DNA of 64,000 nucleotides, from contig JACNKX010000113.1 in NCBI GenBank assembly GCA_014381825.1, positions 6,159 to 70,158 on the forward strand, given 5' to 3'. A program made the position numbers and the translations under genes. The notes below the pieces were generated by a model. It saw only the letters and a list, made by a program, of their open reading frames with translations, was not told where the DNA came from and did no database searches. This DNA is from Planctomycetota bacterium. Its GTDB lineage: Bacteria; Planctomycetota; Planctomycetia; Pirellulales; Pirellulaceae. How positions within the stretch are numbered: the first letter of the stretch is position 1; each line of letters starts with the position of its first letter. Positions 54,518 to 64,000 of this stretch are shown here, in pieces.

Positions 54518-55660
54518 ATGAAGTCGAAAGGCAGAATACTGATCGTCGACGACAAGCCGATCAATATTAGTATCCTTTGCGCGCTATTGGAGCCGGAATT
54601 TACGTTGGAAACGGCGGGGAATGGGGAAGAATGTCTCGAGAAATGTCGTCGGTTCGAACCGGACCTAGTCCTCCTCGATATCGTGATGCCGGGCATCAAC
54701 GGATACGAAGTATGTCATCGTATCAAATCGAGTCCCGTCGGAGGCTTTACGCAAGTGATACTCGTCTCCGGGAGGGCATCGCCCGAGGAGCGTCTCCAAG
54801 GCTACGAATCCCAAGCGGACGACTACATCGTCAAGCCATTCGATCACGACGAGTTGTTATGGAAAGTTCGCGTACAGTTTCGACTACGGGATGCCCATGC
54901 CAGACTCTTCAAATTGTACGGGCAGATCGAAGCGAACAACGCCGAGTTGGAACAACGCGTGGCCGAAAGAACAGCTGAGGTTACAGCAGTACAGGATCTG
55001 GTGGTCTTCTCGCTGGCGAAGCTGGCTGATTCGCGTGATCCTGATACTGGCGAACACTTGGTTCGAATACGTGCTTACTCACAAATCCTCGCCAAACAAC
55101 TGAGCCGCAAGGGACCCTATGTCGACGAAATTGACGATCGGTTCTTGAACGATCTGTATCGCGCTAGCCCGCTGCATGACATTGGGAAGGTAGGGATTCC
55201 TGACGCGATTCTTCAAAAACCAGGCCGGCTCACAAACTGCGAATTCGAGTTGATGAAACAGCACGTAATCATTGGGGCCGAAGCGTTGGAGAAGGGGTTG
55301 AAGCAAAGCTCGGCGGCGCAGTTCCTGCAGATGGCTGTCGATGTTACCCGTTACCACCACGAACGATTTGACGGAACCGGGTATTGTGCAGGGCTATCGG
55401 GTTGCCAAATACCTCTTTCTGCCAGAATCGTTGCCTTGGCTGACGTCTACGATGCCCTAACTTCAAAACGCACCTACAAGCCGGCATTCCAGCTGGACAC
55501 TGCTTGGGAAATTATCGTAGAGGCTTCCGGCTCGCATTTCGATCCGGCCATCGTTGACGGATTTCGAGTGTGCTATGACGAGTTTCTGCAGTTCGCCAGC
55601 CAGGATGTGGCGGAAGACCTACAAGTACAAAAAGAAATTGCGTGTCTCGTTGGCGCGTGA
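54518..55660 (+). CDS. Response regulator with HD-GYP domain (RpfG-type c-di-GMP phosphodiesterase)
   Basis: REC motifs are 'ILIVDDKP' and 'LVLLDIVMPG'. HD-GYP motifs are 'PLHDIGKVGIPD' and 'HHERFDGTGY'. GGAG lies 6 nt upstream of the ATG at 54518. Confidence 0.85.
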   Translation: MKSKGRILIVDDKPINISILCALLEPEFTLETAGNGEECLEKCRRFEPDLVLLDIVMPGINGYEVCHRIKSSPVGGFTQVILVSGRASPEERLQGYESQADDYIVKPFDHDELLWKVRVQFRLRDAHARLFKLYGQIEANNAELEQRVAERTAEVTAVQDLVVFSLAKLADSRDPDTGEHLVRIRAYSQILAKQLSRKGPYVDEIDDRFLNDLYRASPLHDIGKVGIPDAILQKPGRLTNCEFELMKQHVIIGAEALEKGLKQSSAAQFLQMAVDVTRYHHERFDGTGYCAGLSGCQIPLSARIVALADVYDALTSKRTYKPAFQLDTAWEIIVEASGSHFDPAIVDGFRVCYDEFLQFASQDVAEDLQVQKEIACLVGA

Positions 55661-55963
55661 TGCTGCCTGACCTATCAGAGAGCGAATTGGATTGCTCCAC
55701 TCGATGACAGGCGACAAGCATAGGAAGTGATTGAGCCGACATATCGTTCACAGGAATCCGCATAATCCCTACACGTCAACTTAATCACTAACCTCAGTTA
55801 GGGCACCGACGTGGTTTGCCACTAGACCGTGTATTAGTCCGCGATCTCTTTTCGTTTCTCGGACGATGTACGATCAAACGATGGCGTTTGATGGGACTAC
55901 TCGATAATAGCACCGAATGATATTGCAAATTTTGTCATAGACGAATGTTGAGAGGAGGCCGTG

Positions 55964-58069
55964 ATGAGAGAAGGATCTTTCGTGTGCCGGAGTCTGATGT
56001 GCTTCGCTCCGTTGCTATTCATAGCTTGTTGGGCAAGTGAATCGCCGGTGCTAGGCCAGTTCACGGACGAGTTAGAACAAAGCGGTGCTGGAGCATTCAT
56101 CGACCCGAGCGACCTCGATAGTTTGCTTGACGCTGTCGAGCAAGATATCGGTCAGTTGACTAATGTCAGCGTCCTCGCGCCGGCCCTGCAAACCGAAGTT
56201 ACCACGGTGAGCCGGCAAACGAGTACGGTCGGTCGATCGCCCGCGGCGGTGTTCGTGCTCACGAACGAGATGATTCGCCGGAGCGGGGCGCGCAGCGTCC
56301 CCGAAGCTTTGCGGATGGTACCAGGGATACATGTCGCGCGTGTGAATGCGAATCAGTGGGCGATCAGCATTCGTGGATTTAACCACCAGTTCGCCAACAA
56401 ACTGCTCGTACAAATCGATGGTAGGACCGTATATACTCCGCTGTTTTCCGGTGTTTTCTGGGACGAGCAGCAGGTAATGCTGGAGGATGTTGACAGAATC
56501 GAAATCATCCGCGGGCCCGGCGCGACCGTGTGGGGTGCCAACGCAGTCAATGGAATCATCAGCATCATCACCAAAAGGGCTCGTGATACGCACGGAGCCG
56601 TTGTCCAAGGTGGCGGCGGAACCGAACAACGTGGCTTTGGAGCGGCACGCCTTGGTGGAACAATTGGTGATTCGCTTCATTACCGCGTGTACGGCCAGGG
56701 CTTTAGCCGAGACAGCGCCTTCAATCCGCGCGATGCTCAAGATGAGTGGCACCAGGGACGTGTGGGAGCCCGAGCAGACTGGGACCTGTGCGAACATACA
56801 ACTTTGACAGTCCAAGGCGATTACTACGAAGGAACGTCTGGCGCAAAGGTTGATGAGCAGATCCCCACACCTCCCTTCTTTGCGATCGGCTCGAATCGAG
56901 ATGATGAGATTTCCGGGGGGAACGTCATCGCCCGCCTTTCACGAACGCTCAGCGAAGACTCGGATTGGCAAGTTCAAGTCTATTACGATCGCACGGAACG
57001 AACGGCCGATAACGTCAGCTTTTCACAGAGCATGGAGACGTTTGACCTGGACGCCCAGCATCGCTTCGCACTGACCGACCACCAGTCTTTGATATGGGGT
57101 TTCGGATACCGAAATCAAAAGAGTGTCACCGATGGCAACTTTGTCATCTCTTGGGATCCTCCGGTGCGAACGTTCGATCGGATCAGTTACTTTGTCCAAG
57201 ACGAGCTTGCGTTTCGTGATGATCTCGTCTTCACGGTGGGATCGAAATTCGAGCATGGTGACCTAGGTGGCTTTCAGTACCAACCCACAGGTCGTTTACT
57301 GTGGCTTCCAACGGAGCGACACGTCGTCTGGGGCTCCGTTTCTCGTGCAGTACGTACACCTTCACGAACCGACATGGATCTCCAAGTTATTGGGGCTCCG
57401 GTTGCCTTTTCGTTTGCCCCCCCTCCCCCAAAAGTCACTTTCATGCAAGTCCTGGGTAATGACGCCATCAAGGCGGAAGAAGTCATGGCCTACGAAGCAG
57501 GTATCCGCGCACAGCCGCACGACGATTTCTGGTGGGACGCCACCGTCTTCTTCAACAAGTACCGCAATCTCGTGGCCACCGTGCCAACGACTCCCTTTCC
57601 GCCAGCACCGAGTTTCCCTCCCGCGTTTTGGGACCAGACATTTGCGAACGTAATGGATGGCGAAACCTATGGGTTCGAATTGGACGCAACGTATCAGGTC
57701 AATCCGTCCTGGAAACTCCGAGCCGCATATACATACCTGCAAATGCAACTGCACGGGTTTACGGACGAGGCTGAAGAGCTGGAAGGAGAGAGTCCGCACA
57801 ATCTCGTTTATGCGCAGTCAAGTTGGGACATTGGCGCAAACATTCAGTTCGATGTCATGGGCCGTTATGTCGACTCCGTCCCGCAGTACCAGATTCCGAG
57901 CTACGTCGCGATGGACATCCGACTCGCCTGGCTTCCCACGGACAACCTGGAAATGGAGGTCGTTGGCCGGAACCTACTCGATTCTCACCATCCAGAATTC
58001 TCTGAACGGTCGTTCTATCCCTCGGAGATTCAAAGTGAAGTTTATGGCATGGTGACATGGCGCCGCTAA
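55964..58069 (+). CDS. TonB-dependent receptor
   Basis: A signal peptide, the plug motif 'IEIIRGPGATVWGANAVNGIISIITK' and a long β-barrel region are present. GAGGAGG lies upstream of the ATG. Confidence 0.8.
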   Translation: MREGSFVCRSLMCFAPLLFIACWASESPVLGQFTDELEQSGAGAFIDPSDLDSLLDAVEQDIGQLTNVSVLAPALQTEVTTVSRQTSTVGRSPAAVFVLTNEMIRRSGARSVPEALRMVPGIHVARVNANQWAISIRGFNHQFANKLLVQIDGRTVYTPLFSGVFWDEQQVMLEDVDRIEIIRGPGATVWGANAVNGIISIITKRARDTHGAVVQGGGGTEQRGFGAARLGGTIGDSLHYRVYGQGFSRDSAFNPRDAQDEWHQGRVGARADWDLCEHTTLTVQGDYYEGTSGAKVDEQIPTPPFFAIGSNRDDEISGGNVIARLSRTLSEDSDWQVQVYYDRTERTADNVSFSQSMETFDLDAQHRFALTDHQSLIWGFGYRNQKSVTDGNFVISWDPPVRTFDRISYFVQDELAFRDDLVFTVGSKFEHGDLGGFQYQPTGRLLWLPTERHVVWGSVSRAVRTPSRTDMDLQVIGAPVAFSFAPPPPKVTFMQVLGNDAIKAEEVMAYEAGIRAQPHDDFWWDATVFFNKYRNLVATVPTTPFPPAPSFPPAFWDQTFANVMDGETYGFELDATYQVNPSWKLRAAYTYLQMQLHGFTDEAEELEGESPHNLVYAQSSWDIGANIQFDVMGRYVDSVPQYQIPSYVAMDIRLAWLPTDNLEMEVVGRNLLDSHHPEFSERSFYPSEIQSEVYGMVTWRR

Positions 58070-58097
58070 GCGGGGCATCACGGTACGCACAAGACTC

Positions 58098-58742
58098 ATG
58101 CTTCAAGATCCCATCGTACAACTCGAATCAAGCAGCCGGGGGCCGCGCCGTTCCAAAGCGCGCGCCCGCCGTTCGATGTTGTATGGTCGGATGGCTCGTA
58201 TCCTGAGCGCGCTATTGTTGTTTTGTGCCATCACGGACAACGGTCAGGCCCAAGCACCAACCGTCGTGGATCCAGGTTACGAGTACAACGTAAAAGCTGC
58301 GTATCTCTACAGCTTTGGGCGATACGTGAAGTGGCATGCACAAGCACTCGCGCGGCACCACAACGAGTTTGTCATTGGAGTTCTCGGCGAGAACCAATTT
58401 GACGGGGCGCTCGAGAAGATTGCAGAAGCAAAGCAAATTCAGCAGCGGCCAATCAGAATTCGCTACTGGAACTCGTTCGACGAGTATGAGCCTTGTCACA
58501 TTCTGTTTGTGACGAACACAATCGACTTCGAACAGCAGCTAGAAGTGATTCGGAAGCTGGCAACCGACGGAGTGCTGCTGGTGGGTGAAACCGAAGGCTT
58601 CGCCAGCCAAGGTGGCACGGTAAATTTCTACGTCACCCAGGGAAAGGTGCGTTTCGAGGTCAACAAGAACTCCGTTCAACGTGAGGCGCTGACAATCGAT
58701 GCCAGGCTATTGCGTCTAGCGACGCCGGTGGATGGCCAATGA
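58098..58742 (+). CDS. YfiR/DUF4154 family periplasmic protein
   Basis: '[18 protein letters not shown]' and 'CHILFV' are typical of DUF4154. A signal-like segment is present. Confidence 0.75.
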   Translation: MLQDPIVQLESSSRGPRRSKARARRSMLYGRMARILSALLLFCAITDNGQAQAPTVVDPGYEYNVKAAYLYSFGRYVKWHAQALARHHNEFVIGVLGENQFDGALEKIAEAKQIQQRPIRIRYWNSFDEYEPCHILFVTNTIDFEQQLEVIRKLATDGVLLVGETEGFASQGGTVNFYVTQGKVRFEVNKNSVQREALTIDARLLRLATPVDGQ

Positions 58743-60289
58743 TCACTAGAATTACACGATTCTTGCCCAGGCTCTATGACGGGATCTCGATTCGCGCCAA
58801 GCTGATGCTACTGGCCACTGTCTCCGCGAGTGTTGCACTCCTGTTGTGTTGTGCTGGGTTCGCCTTTAGCCACGTCGAGGAGATGAAGTCCGCTCGACTC
58901 AAGAACTTGGAATTGCAAGCAGGACTTCTGGCCTTCAACGCGACTGCCGCATTAACTTTCGACGACCCGCAGTCAGCGGAATTGCTCTTGTCATCGCTAC
59001 GGCTACAACCCTCAGTAGACCAAGCGCGTTTGTACGATAAGGAAGGACACATAATGGCCTCCTATGTCAGAGAGGGTTGCCTGGAATTGGCGCACTCCTT
59101 GTCGAATCGCGATGCTCACAGTTGGACTACATCCGGCGAGATCGAACTGAATCGGATTGTGTTAGACGACGGCGAGTTGGTGGGCACTTTGTATGTACTG
59201 GCAAACGTAGAAGAACTAGAGAAACAGTTGTGGGAATACACACGACTAGCCATCGTTCTATTGTTGTTCTCACTGGTTGTGGCAATGCTCCTGTCGTTTG
59301 CTTTGCAGAAAAGGATTTCGGCACCCATCTTAACCCTAGCGGACGCAACCAGAAAAATTGCGGCGGCAGGTGACTATTCGATCCGAGTGAATCCAACATC
59401 TCAGGATGAACTAGGTGACTTGTGTCTCGCTTTCAATCGCATGGTGAATCAAATCGAAGTGTCCGAGAATGCGTTACAGCAATCCAACGAGCAACTCGAA
59501 ATACGCGTTGCCAAACGTACTACTGAACTGAAGGCCGCAAAGGACTTTGCAGAAAACGCCAACCGAGCCAAGAGCGAGTTTCTGGCAAATATGTCACACG
59601 AGCTACGAACACCGCTGCACGGGATTCTCAGTTTTTCTCGCTTCGGCAATGATCGGTACGCCAAGGCCAAACCGGGACAGGTGCGAGAGTACTTTGCGCG
59701 AATTACCGAAAGTGGCGAAACGCTTCTTGATCTGGTGAATAGTCTCCTCGATCTCGCCAAGCTTGAAGCGGGAAAAGTGATCTTCGAGTTCAAGACGGTG
59801 CAGCCAAGCCTCATTGCTGCCTCCGTCAACGATCAATTCCAAGCGATCTGTTCGGAACGACAACTAAACCTTGTGCTAGAGGATTCAGAGGACGTCGGCG
59901 AACTCCTGCTGGATGCGGAAAAAATCAAACAAGTGTTGCGAAACCTTGTCAGCAACGCCGTCAAATTCTCACCTGATGGCGGAACGATTCGCATGGTCAT
60001 CTCGCAAAGAGACGAGCAATTGCGGATCTCAGTTCAGGACGAAGGGCCAGGCGTTCCCGAGGACGAACTAGAAGCGATCTTTGAAAAATTCAAACAGTCG
60101 AGCACGACGAAAACTGGGGCGGGAGGAACGGGTTTGGGATTGGCTATTTGCCGAGAGATTGTCGACGCGCACAATGGTCGGCTGTGGGTCGAGAATGTCG
60201 CGACCGGCGGAAGTGTGTTCATCTTGGACTTGCCGGTGCGATGCGACGCTGAAGTTAGCGTCTGTCATGAAGTCGCTGTAGAAGCTTGA
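58739..60289 (+). CDS. Sensor histidine kinase (two TM helices flanking a sensor region, HAMP, HisKA, HATPase)
   Basis: The gene overlaps the yfiR-like stop in an ATGA arrangement. It has a HAMP-like '[18 protein letters not shown]', the H-box '[13 protein letters not shown]' and G-boxes. The N-terminal sensor region may be CHASE8-like, which is inference from gene context. Confidence 0.85.
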   Translation: MITRITRFLPRLYDGISIRAKLMLLATVSASVALLLCCAGFAFSHVEEMKSARLKNLELQAGLLAFNATAALTFDDPQSAELLLSSLRLQPSVDQARLYDKEGHIMASYVREGCLELAHSLSNRDAHSWTTSGEIELNRIVLDDGELVGTLYVLANVEELEKQLWEYTRLAIVLLLFSLVVAMLLSFALQKRISAPILTLADATRKIAAAGDYSIRVNPTSQDELGDLCLAFNRMVNQIEVSENALQQSNEQLEIRVAKRTTELKAAKDFAENANRAKSEFLANMSHELRTPLHGILSFSRFGNDRYAKAKPGQVREYFARITESGETLLDLVNSLLDLAKLEAGKVIFEFKTVQPSLIAASVNDQFQAICSERQLNLVLEDSEDVGELLLDAEKIKQVLRNLVSNAVKFSPDGGTIRMVISQRDEQLRISVQDEGPGVPEDELEAIFEKFKQSSTTKTGAGGTGLGLAICREIVDAHNGRLWVENVATGGSVFILDLPVRCDAEVSVCHEVAVEA

Positions 60290-60428
60290 AAAGCGAGTTG
60301 TCTCTGGCTTCAGGGAAGAAAGTGAAGTCGCTATAAACGGCGATCCAACCGCGAACACGAGCCCCTTCGCTTTGAGTTATCATAGGAACGTCGTGCCAAC
60401 GTAGTTTCGATGGTGAAGGAACAGCCGC

Positions 60429-63400
60429 ATGTCGGAATTGTTAATCGGGTTCCTCCTGCTGGTCGCCGCTCCCGCGTTGATTGCGATTGGGATGCTCCTG
60501 GGCCGGCTCTTGTTCGGAAGAAACGAATCGCATCCAACGCGACTGAGTGACGCGGCCACAACATCGAGGACCATTCAGCGGCTGGCGAATGACGGTGCGA
60601 TCGACGAGGAGACGCGAGCGAAGCTAGTCAACGTACTTCGCGAATCGTACGCCCAAGGACTCGATGTTCCTGCTCCACCCTTGCGAACTGTAGAGCCACC
60701 GCACGCAGAACTCGTCCAAGATGGATCAGTGCCGCTCCGGACGACCGAAGCGCATGAGCCGCCTGAGTCCGTGAACGACGACGCGGAAGTTCCTATCGAA
60801 GCTGAGATCGTCGAGGAAGCTCCGTCACCGCCGGTCGTTCATCCGCTCGACGCTCCCGAACCTGTCGCGGAACTGGGCCCCACTCGTCCGCAGCAACATC
60901 GACGAGCATTTGCCGATGTGCTTTACGCGTTCATGCAGGATAAGAACATTCGCTGGGGCGAATTGGTCAGCGGTTTACTCATTGTCGGTTGTTCGATTGC
61001 GTTGGTCATCAGTCTGCGCAGCGAGATCGAGAGCCTCAGCGAACGCTTCATCTATTTGCCAGCGCTATTGTTTATGCTGGCAACGGCGGCGATTCACGCG
61101 GCGGGAAACTACACGCTGCGACAGTGGAACTTACAAGCGACCAGCCGCGGGGTACTGATCATCGCGACGCTGTTGATCCCGATCAACTTCCTCGCCGCCA
61201 TCATTGTTACCGGCCCGGAATCGCAACAGCTTCCTCCGTTTCATCCTCTCTACCTGTCGGCGGTTGCCGTAGGCATTCTCGCTTTCGGCACGATGGCGTA
61301 CTTTGCTAGTCAGGCGTTAATGCGTGAAGGGTCGTGGCGATTGTGGGTCGGCGTGATGGGCACGTCCGCCGGACAACTGCTGATCAACCGTCTTGCGGAT
61401 CGCGGAGCCACAGCGATCACGGCCAGTCTACTCGTCAGTTTGCCATTGATCGCCTATTTGGTTGCGATGATCGCCCAACTGCGAGTTGCTTCGCGGCGTC
61501 CTCGCATTGGAATGACCCTCGCCACCGAGACGCTCCTCTTGCTTGGCATCACGAGTTTTGCTCTGGCATCGTCGGTCGGGCTGCTGCTTTCAAAGTCCGA
61601 TTCCGTGCGAACCGCGCTCGCTTGGCTATCGACGCCGTTAAGTTTGCCCGCCGTCGTGATACTCGCGACAGGCCTAGCGTTACACCGACGGCTGCTGTCG
61701 CGGCGATTGACGACGCTAAAAACGGTCGGCACATCACTGACGATGACCGGCGGAGTGATGATGTTGGTCGCGGTCTTGCTGGCTTGGCCAGAACCACAGC
61801 TTCTGATCGCGGTCGGAGTGTTTACGTTCACTTCGCTCACCTTGCTTGCAGGCGTTGGCCGGCTGCCCGCGTTACATGTGCCGGCAATCGCGTGCGGTTC
61901 GTTAGCGTTGCTCGTCGCGTTCCACGCGGCGCAGAGTTCGTTTGTTGGCTACGAAGGCAACTTGTCTCGCCGCATGTACGAACTCTTCTTCTTGGGGCGC
62001 AGCGGCGTCATTTTGACGGTCATCGCAGTCGTCATTGCCGGCGCGGCGGCAGTGTTGCTTCGACAAGGTCGCCGTGCTAGCGCGTTCAGTTACCTCGTGG
62101 GTTGTGCCACGATCGCGGGATTGAGTGTTTTGCTCGCGGTCAGCGTCGGCTTCTTTGGTGCCGAAGCCCAGGAATCGAATCTCGCCTCGCCGGTGCTGCT
62201 CTTTTATGCGGTCGCGTTGTTCGTCGCAAGTTACTTCGTACCAACGACAGCGCTGACATGGACCGGTTCGACACTTTTACTGATAAGCTTCGTCCACATG
62301 GGAGGCTGGAACACGGCAGTTGAAGGTTGGCTAACTACTGCCTCGCTTTCGCCGACGCGCCCGGTACTGCTGGCTACGATACTACACGGGCTTGTGGCTG
62401 CGACCATCGCATGTGTACTGGCCAAGCGCAAAGCATCACCTTCGATCGACGAGCCTGCGCTCCGCTGGCGACAACTCGTCACTCCGCTCACGCAGTCTGC
62501 GTTACTTTCATCGGCGTTGGCTTTGCCGTGGTCAGCGCTAGTATTCGACCAGCAATTTGGTGAACACGCTTGGTATATGGCGGCGTTGTCGTTGATATTT
62601 TTGGCAGCTACTGTGATTCAGCGATCCTCGTTGAACTTTTCTATCTTCCAGACGCTGGCAACGGTCGCCGTCATCTTCACGACGACCTCGATCTGTCAAC
62701 GACAAAGTTGGTGGAGTGAACAGCTTCTTTCGCCACAGCATCTGCAATCGCAGTTTGGCTCGCTCGCCGTGTGGTGTTTGGCGTGGAGCGCCGGTCGGCG
62801 ACTAATACGCCGTCGGTGGCCGGGCGTCGCGCGGCTGATGCGATCGAATGAACAGACGGTGGACGAATTCGTCTTAGCAGCAACCGTCGTCGCGATGATC
62901 GTGATGTGCGTCATCGGATGCGCGTCAGGCGCTGCTGTCGAACTCGGCATTGGAGCGGCTACCAACTTCGAGAGCTCACAATCGTGGCAACTCGTCTTCG
63001 GAACCAGTTCTTGGGTCGCATCGGCACTGCTGCTCGCGGCAGCCATTGGTTCGCTAGTCGAACGATTTTCGCTACAGGCGTTCTGCACGTTATTCTTGAT
63101 CGCTGCGACTGGCGCCTCGCTGGCGGGAGGCCGCGCGTACGAATCGATTGCCGTAGCGTCCGGGCTCCGTTGGTCGTTCGCCTCCATTGGCGTTTTATTG
63201 ACGATCGCGGTTTGTATGAGTTTACGAATCGAAGCAACGATCCGACGACTGGCATGGCTCGAATGGGACGAATTGCCTAAACACCTCAACCGCGTCGCGC
63301 GCTGTTGGACCATCGGGATCAGCGCGATCCCAATTCTTGGACTCACAACCGCAAGTCTCGTTCAAGCAGCAACCGGCGTCGCGCCCAGCGGACCAACCGC

Positions 63401-64000
63401 TGACTCGTTCTTCACTCGAATCGGCTCGGAGCTTTCCTACGGCGTGCCGTTGGCACTGCTTTCCGCCATGCTGATCGCCCATGCTGTACGCGAGAAGAAG
63501 ACAACTCTGATGCTCGCGGCCTCCGGAGTGTTTCAATACCTTGTTAATCTCGCGTACCTCCTGCCCATTCTGAAAGACCCCGGCGCGAAGCTCGACTGGT
63601 CCGTCGTCATTGGTTGTTTGCAATGGAACGCGTTAGGTCTCGCAGTGTTTGCGCTGGCTTGGTTGAGTGTACGACCGTGGCTTGACACTCGGCATAGGGT
63701 CACTTCACCGGGGGCCACTTTACCAGACACGTTTGATCGCTGTTTGGTAATACAAGTCGTCGCCGCACTCGTGGCGGTCACAGCGACAACCGGTCTTGCG
63801 ACGGCGGTCGTTGTTGCGTCGCCACAAAACCTGACTCGCTTTGGCGATCTGGGTAGCTGGCTCAGTTACCTCGTCTGCGTACTCGGCTTTGGAGCGGCGA
63901 CATGGCTGACTCGATCTCGCCAGGAAAGATTTGGCATTTCGCTGCTGCTTGGTTTCTTATTCGCAATCGGCGGACCCGTTGCCGTATCACTCGAAGGCCG
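60429..64000 (+). CDS. Very large polytopic membrane protein, partial (continues past the window end)
   Basis: The ATG is at 60429. My manual translation of this frame gave no stop codon to 64000 (>1190 aa), and it is the only + frame with no closed ORF listed in the track here. About 140 aa of acidic/Pro-rich linker follow the first TM helix. After that the sequence is almost continuously hydrophobic helices, more than 25 by eye. The ORF is missing from the track, presumably because it has no stop in the window. Confidence 0.75.
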   Translation, partial: MSELLIGFLLLVAAPALIAIGMLLGRLLFGRNESHPTRLSDAATTSRTIQRLANDGAIDEETRAKLVNVLRESYAQGLDVPAPPLRTVEPPHAELVQDGSVPLRTTEAHEPPESVNDDAEVPIEAEIVEEAPSPPVVHPLDAPEPVAELGPTRPQQHRRAFADVLYAFMQDKNIRWGELVSGLLIVGCSIALVISLRSEIESLSERFIYLPALLFMLATAAIHAAGNYTLRQWNLQATSRGVLIIATLLIPINFLAAIIVTGPESQQLPPFHPLYLSAVAVGILAFGTMAYFASQALMREGSWRLWVGVMGTSAGQLLINRLADRGATAITASLLVSLPLIAYLVAMIAQLRVASRRPRIGMTLATETLLLLGITSFALASSVGLLLSKSDSVRTALAWLSTPLSLPAVVILATGLALHRRLLSRRLTTLKTVGTSLTMTGGVMMLVAVLLAWPEPQLLIAVGVFTFTSLTLLAGVGRLPALHVPAIACGSLALLVAFHAAQSSFVGYEGNLSRRMYELFFLGRSGVILTVIAVVIAGAAAVLLRQGRRASAFSYLVGCATIAGLSVLLAVSVGFFGAEAQESNLASPVLLFYAVALFVASYFVPTTALTWTGSTLLLISFVHMGGWNTAVEGWLTTASLSPTRPVLLATILHGLVAATIACVLAKRKASPSIDEPALRWRQLVTPLTQSALLSSALALPWSALVFDQQFGEHAWYMAALSLIFLAATVIQRSSLNFSIFQTLATVAVIFTTTSICQRQSWWSEQLLSPQHLQSQFGSLAVWCLAWSAGRRLIRRRWPGVARLMRSNEQTVDEFVLAATVVAMIVMCVIGCASGAAVELGIGAATNFESSQSWQLVFGTSSWVASALLLAAAIGSLVERFSLQAFCTLFLIAATGASLAGGRAYESIAVASGLRWSFASIGVLLTIAVCMSLRIEATIRRLAWLEWDELPKHLNRVARCWTIGISAIPILGLTTASLVQAATGVAPSGPTADSFFTRIGSELSYGVPLALLSAMLIAHAVREKKTTLMLAASGVFQYLVNLAYLLPILKDPGAKLDWSVVIGCLQWNALGLAVFALAWLSVRPWLDTRHRVTSPGATLPDTFDRCLVIQVVAALVAVTATTGLATAVVVASPQNLTRFGDLGSWLSYLVCVLGFGAATWLTRSRQERFGISLLLGFLFAIGGPVAVSLEG

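Noticed and set aside
60910-63781. ORFs 60910..61158, 60989..61309, 61334..62080, 62696..63346(-) and others.
   Set aside because: They are Arg/Ser/Cys-rich shadows of the long open-ended frame that starts at 60429 and encodes coherent TM helices.

Overview
The window looks like a chromosomal segment of a Pirellulaceae-type planctomycete. This is an inference from five sulfatase genes, a DUF1501 protein, Tat-signal hydrolases and an 'LELLESRQLLA' N-terminus on a giant protein. Most of it is ordinary metabolism and housekeeping (pyrC, lysA, miaB, sulfatases, sugar-acid-type enzymes, SDR, methyltransferases). Five things stand out. (1) A ~4 kb single-strand array at 2.7-6.7 kb holds 21 tRNA genes, including two short-variable-arm tRNAs with Leu anticodons. 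It also holds five more atypical or degenerate tRNA-like units, an embedded HNH endonuclease gene and long low-complexity hairpin spacers. (2) A 2300-aa secreted polymorphic-toxin-like protein carries a C-terminal Hint domain and a ~146-aa 'SHH'-motif tail, followed by a SUKH-like immunity gene. (3) A paired palindromic REP-like repeat occurs at four intergenic sites. (4) A dense His-Asp signalling block (CheA-like kinase, three REC-containing proteins and a hybrid kinase) is followed by a TonB-receptor/YfiR/kinase/HD-GYP module. That module is bracketed by ~290-bp diverged direct repeats which leave reciprocal gene remnants. (5) A >1190-aa polytopic membrane ORF runs off the window end and is absent from the ORF track. 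No CRISPR array, rRNA or transposase was seen. tRNA boundaries and anticodons were folded by eye and need tRNAscan-SE/ARAGORN confirmation.
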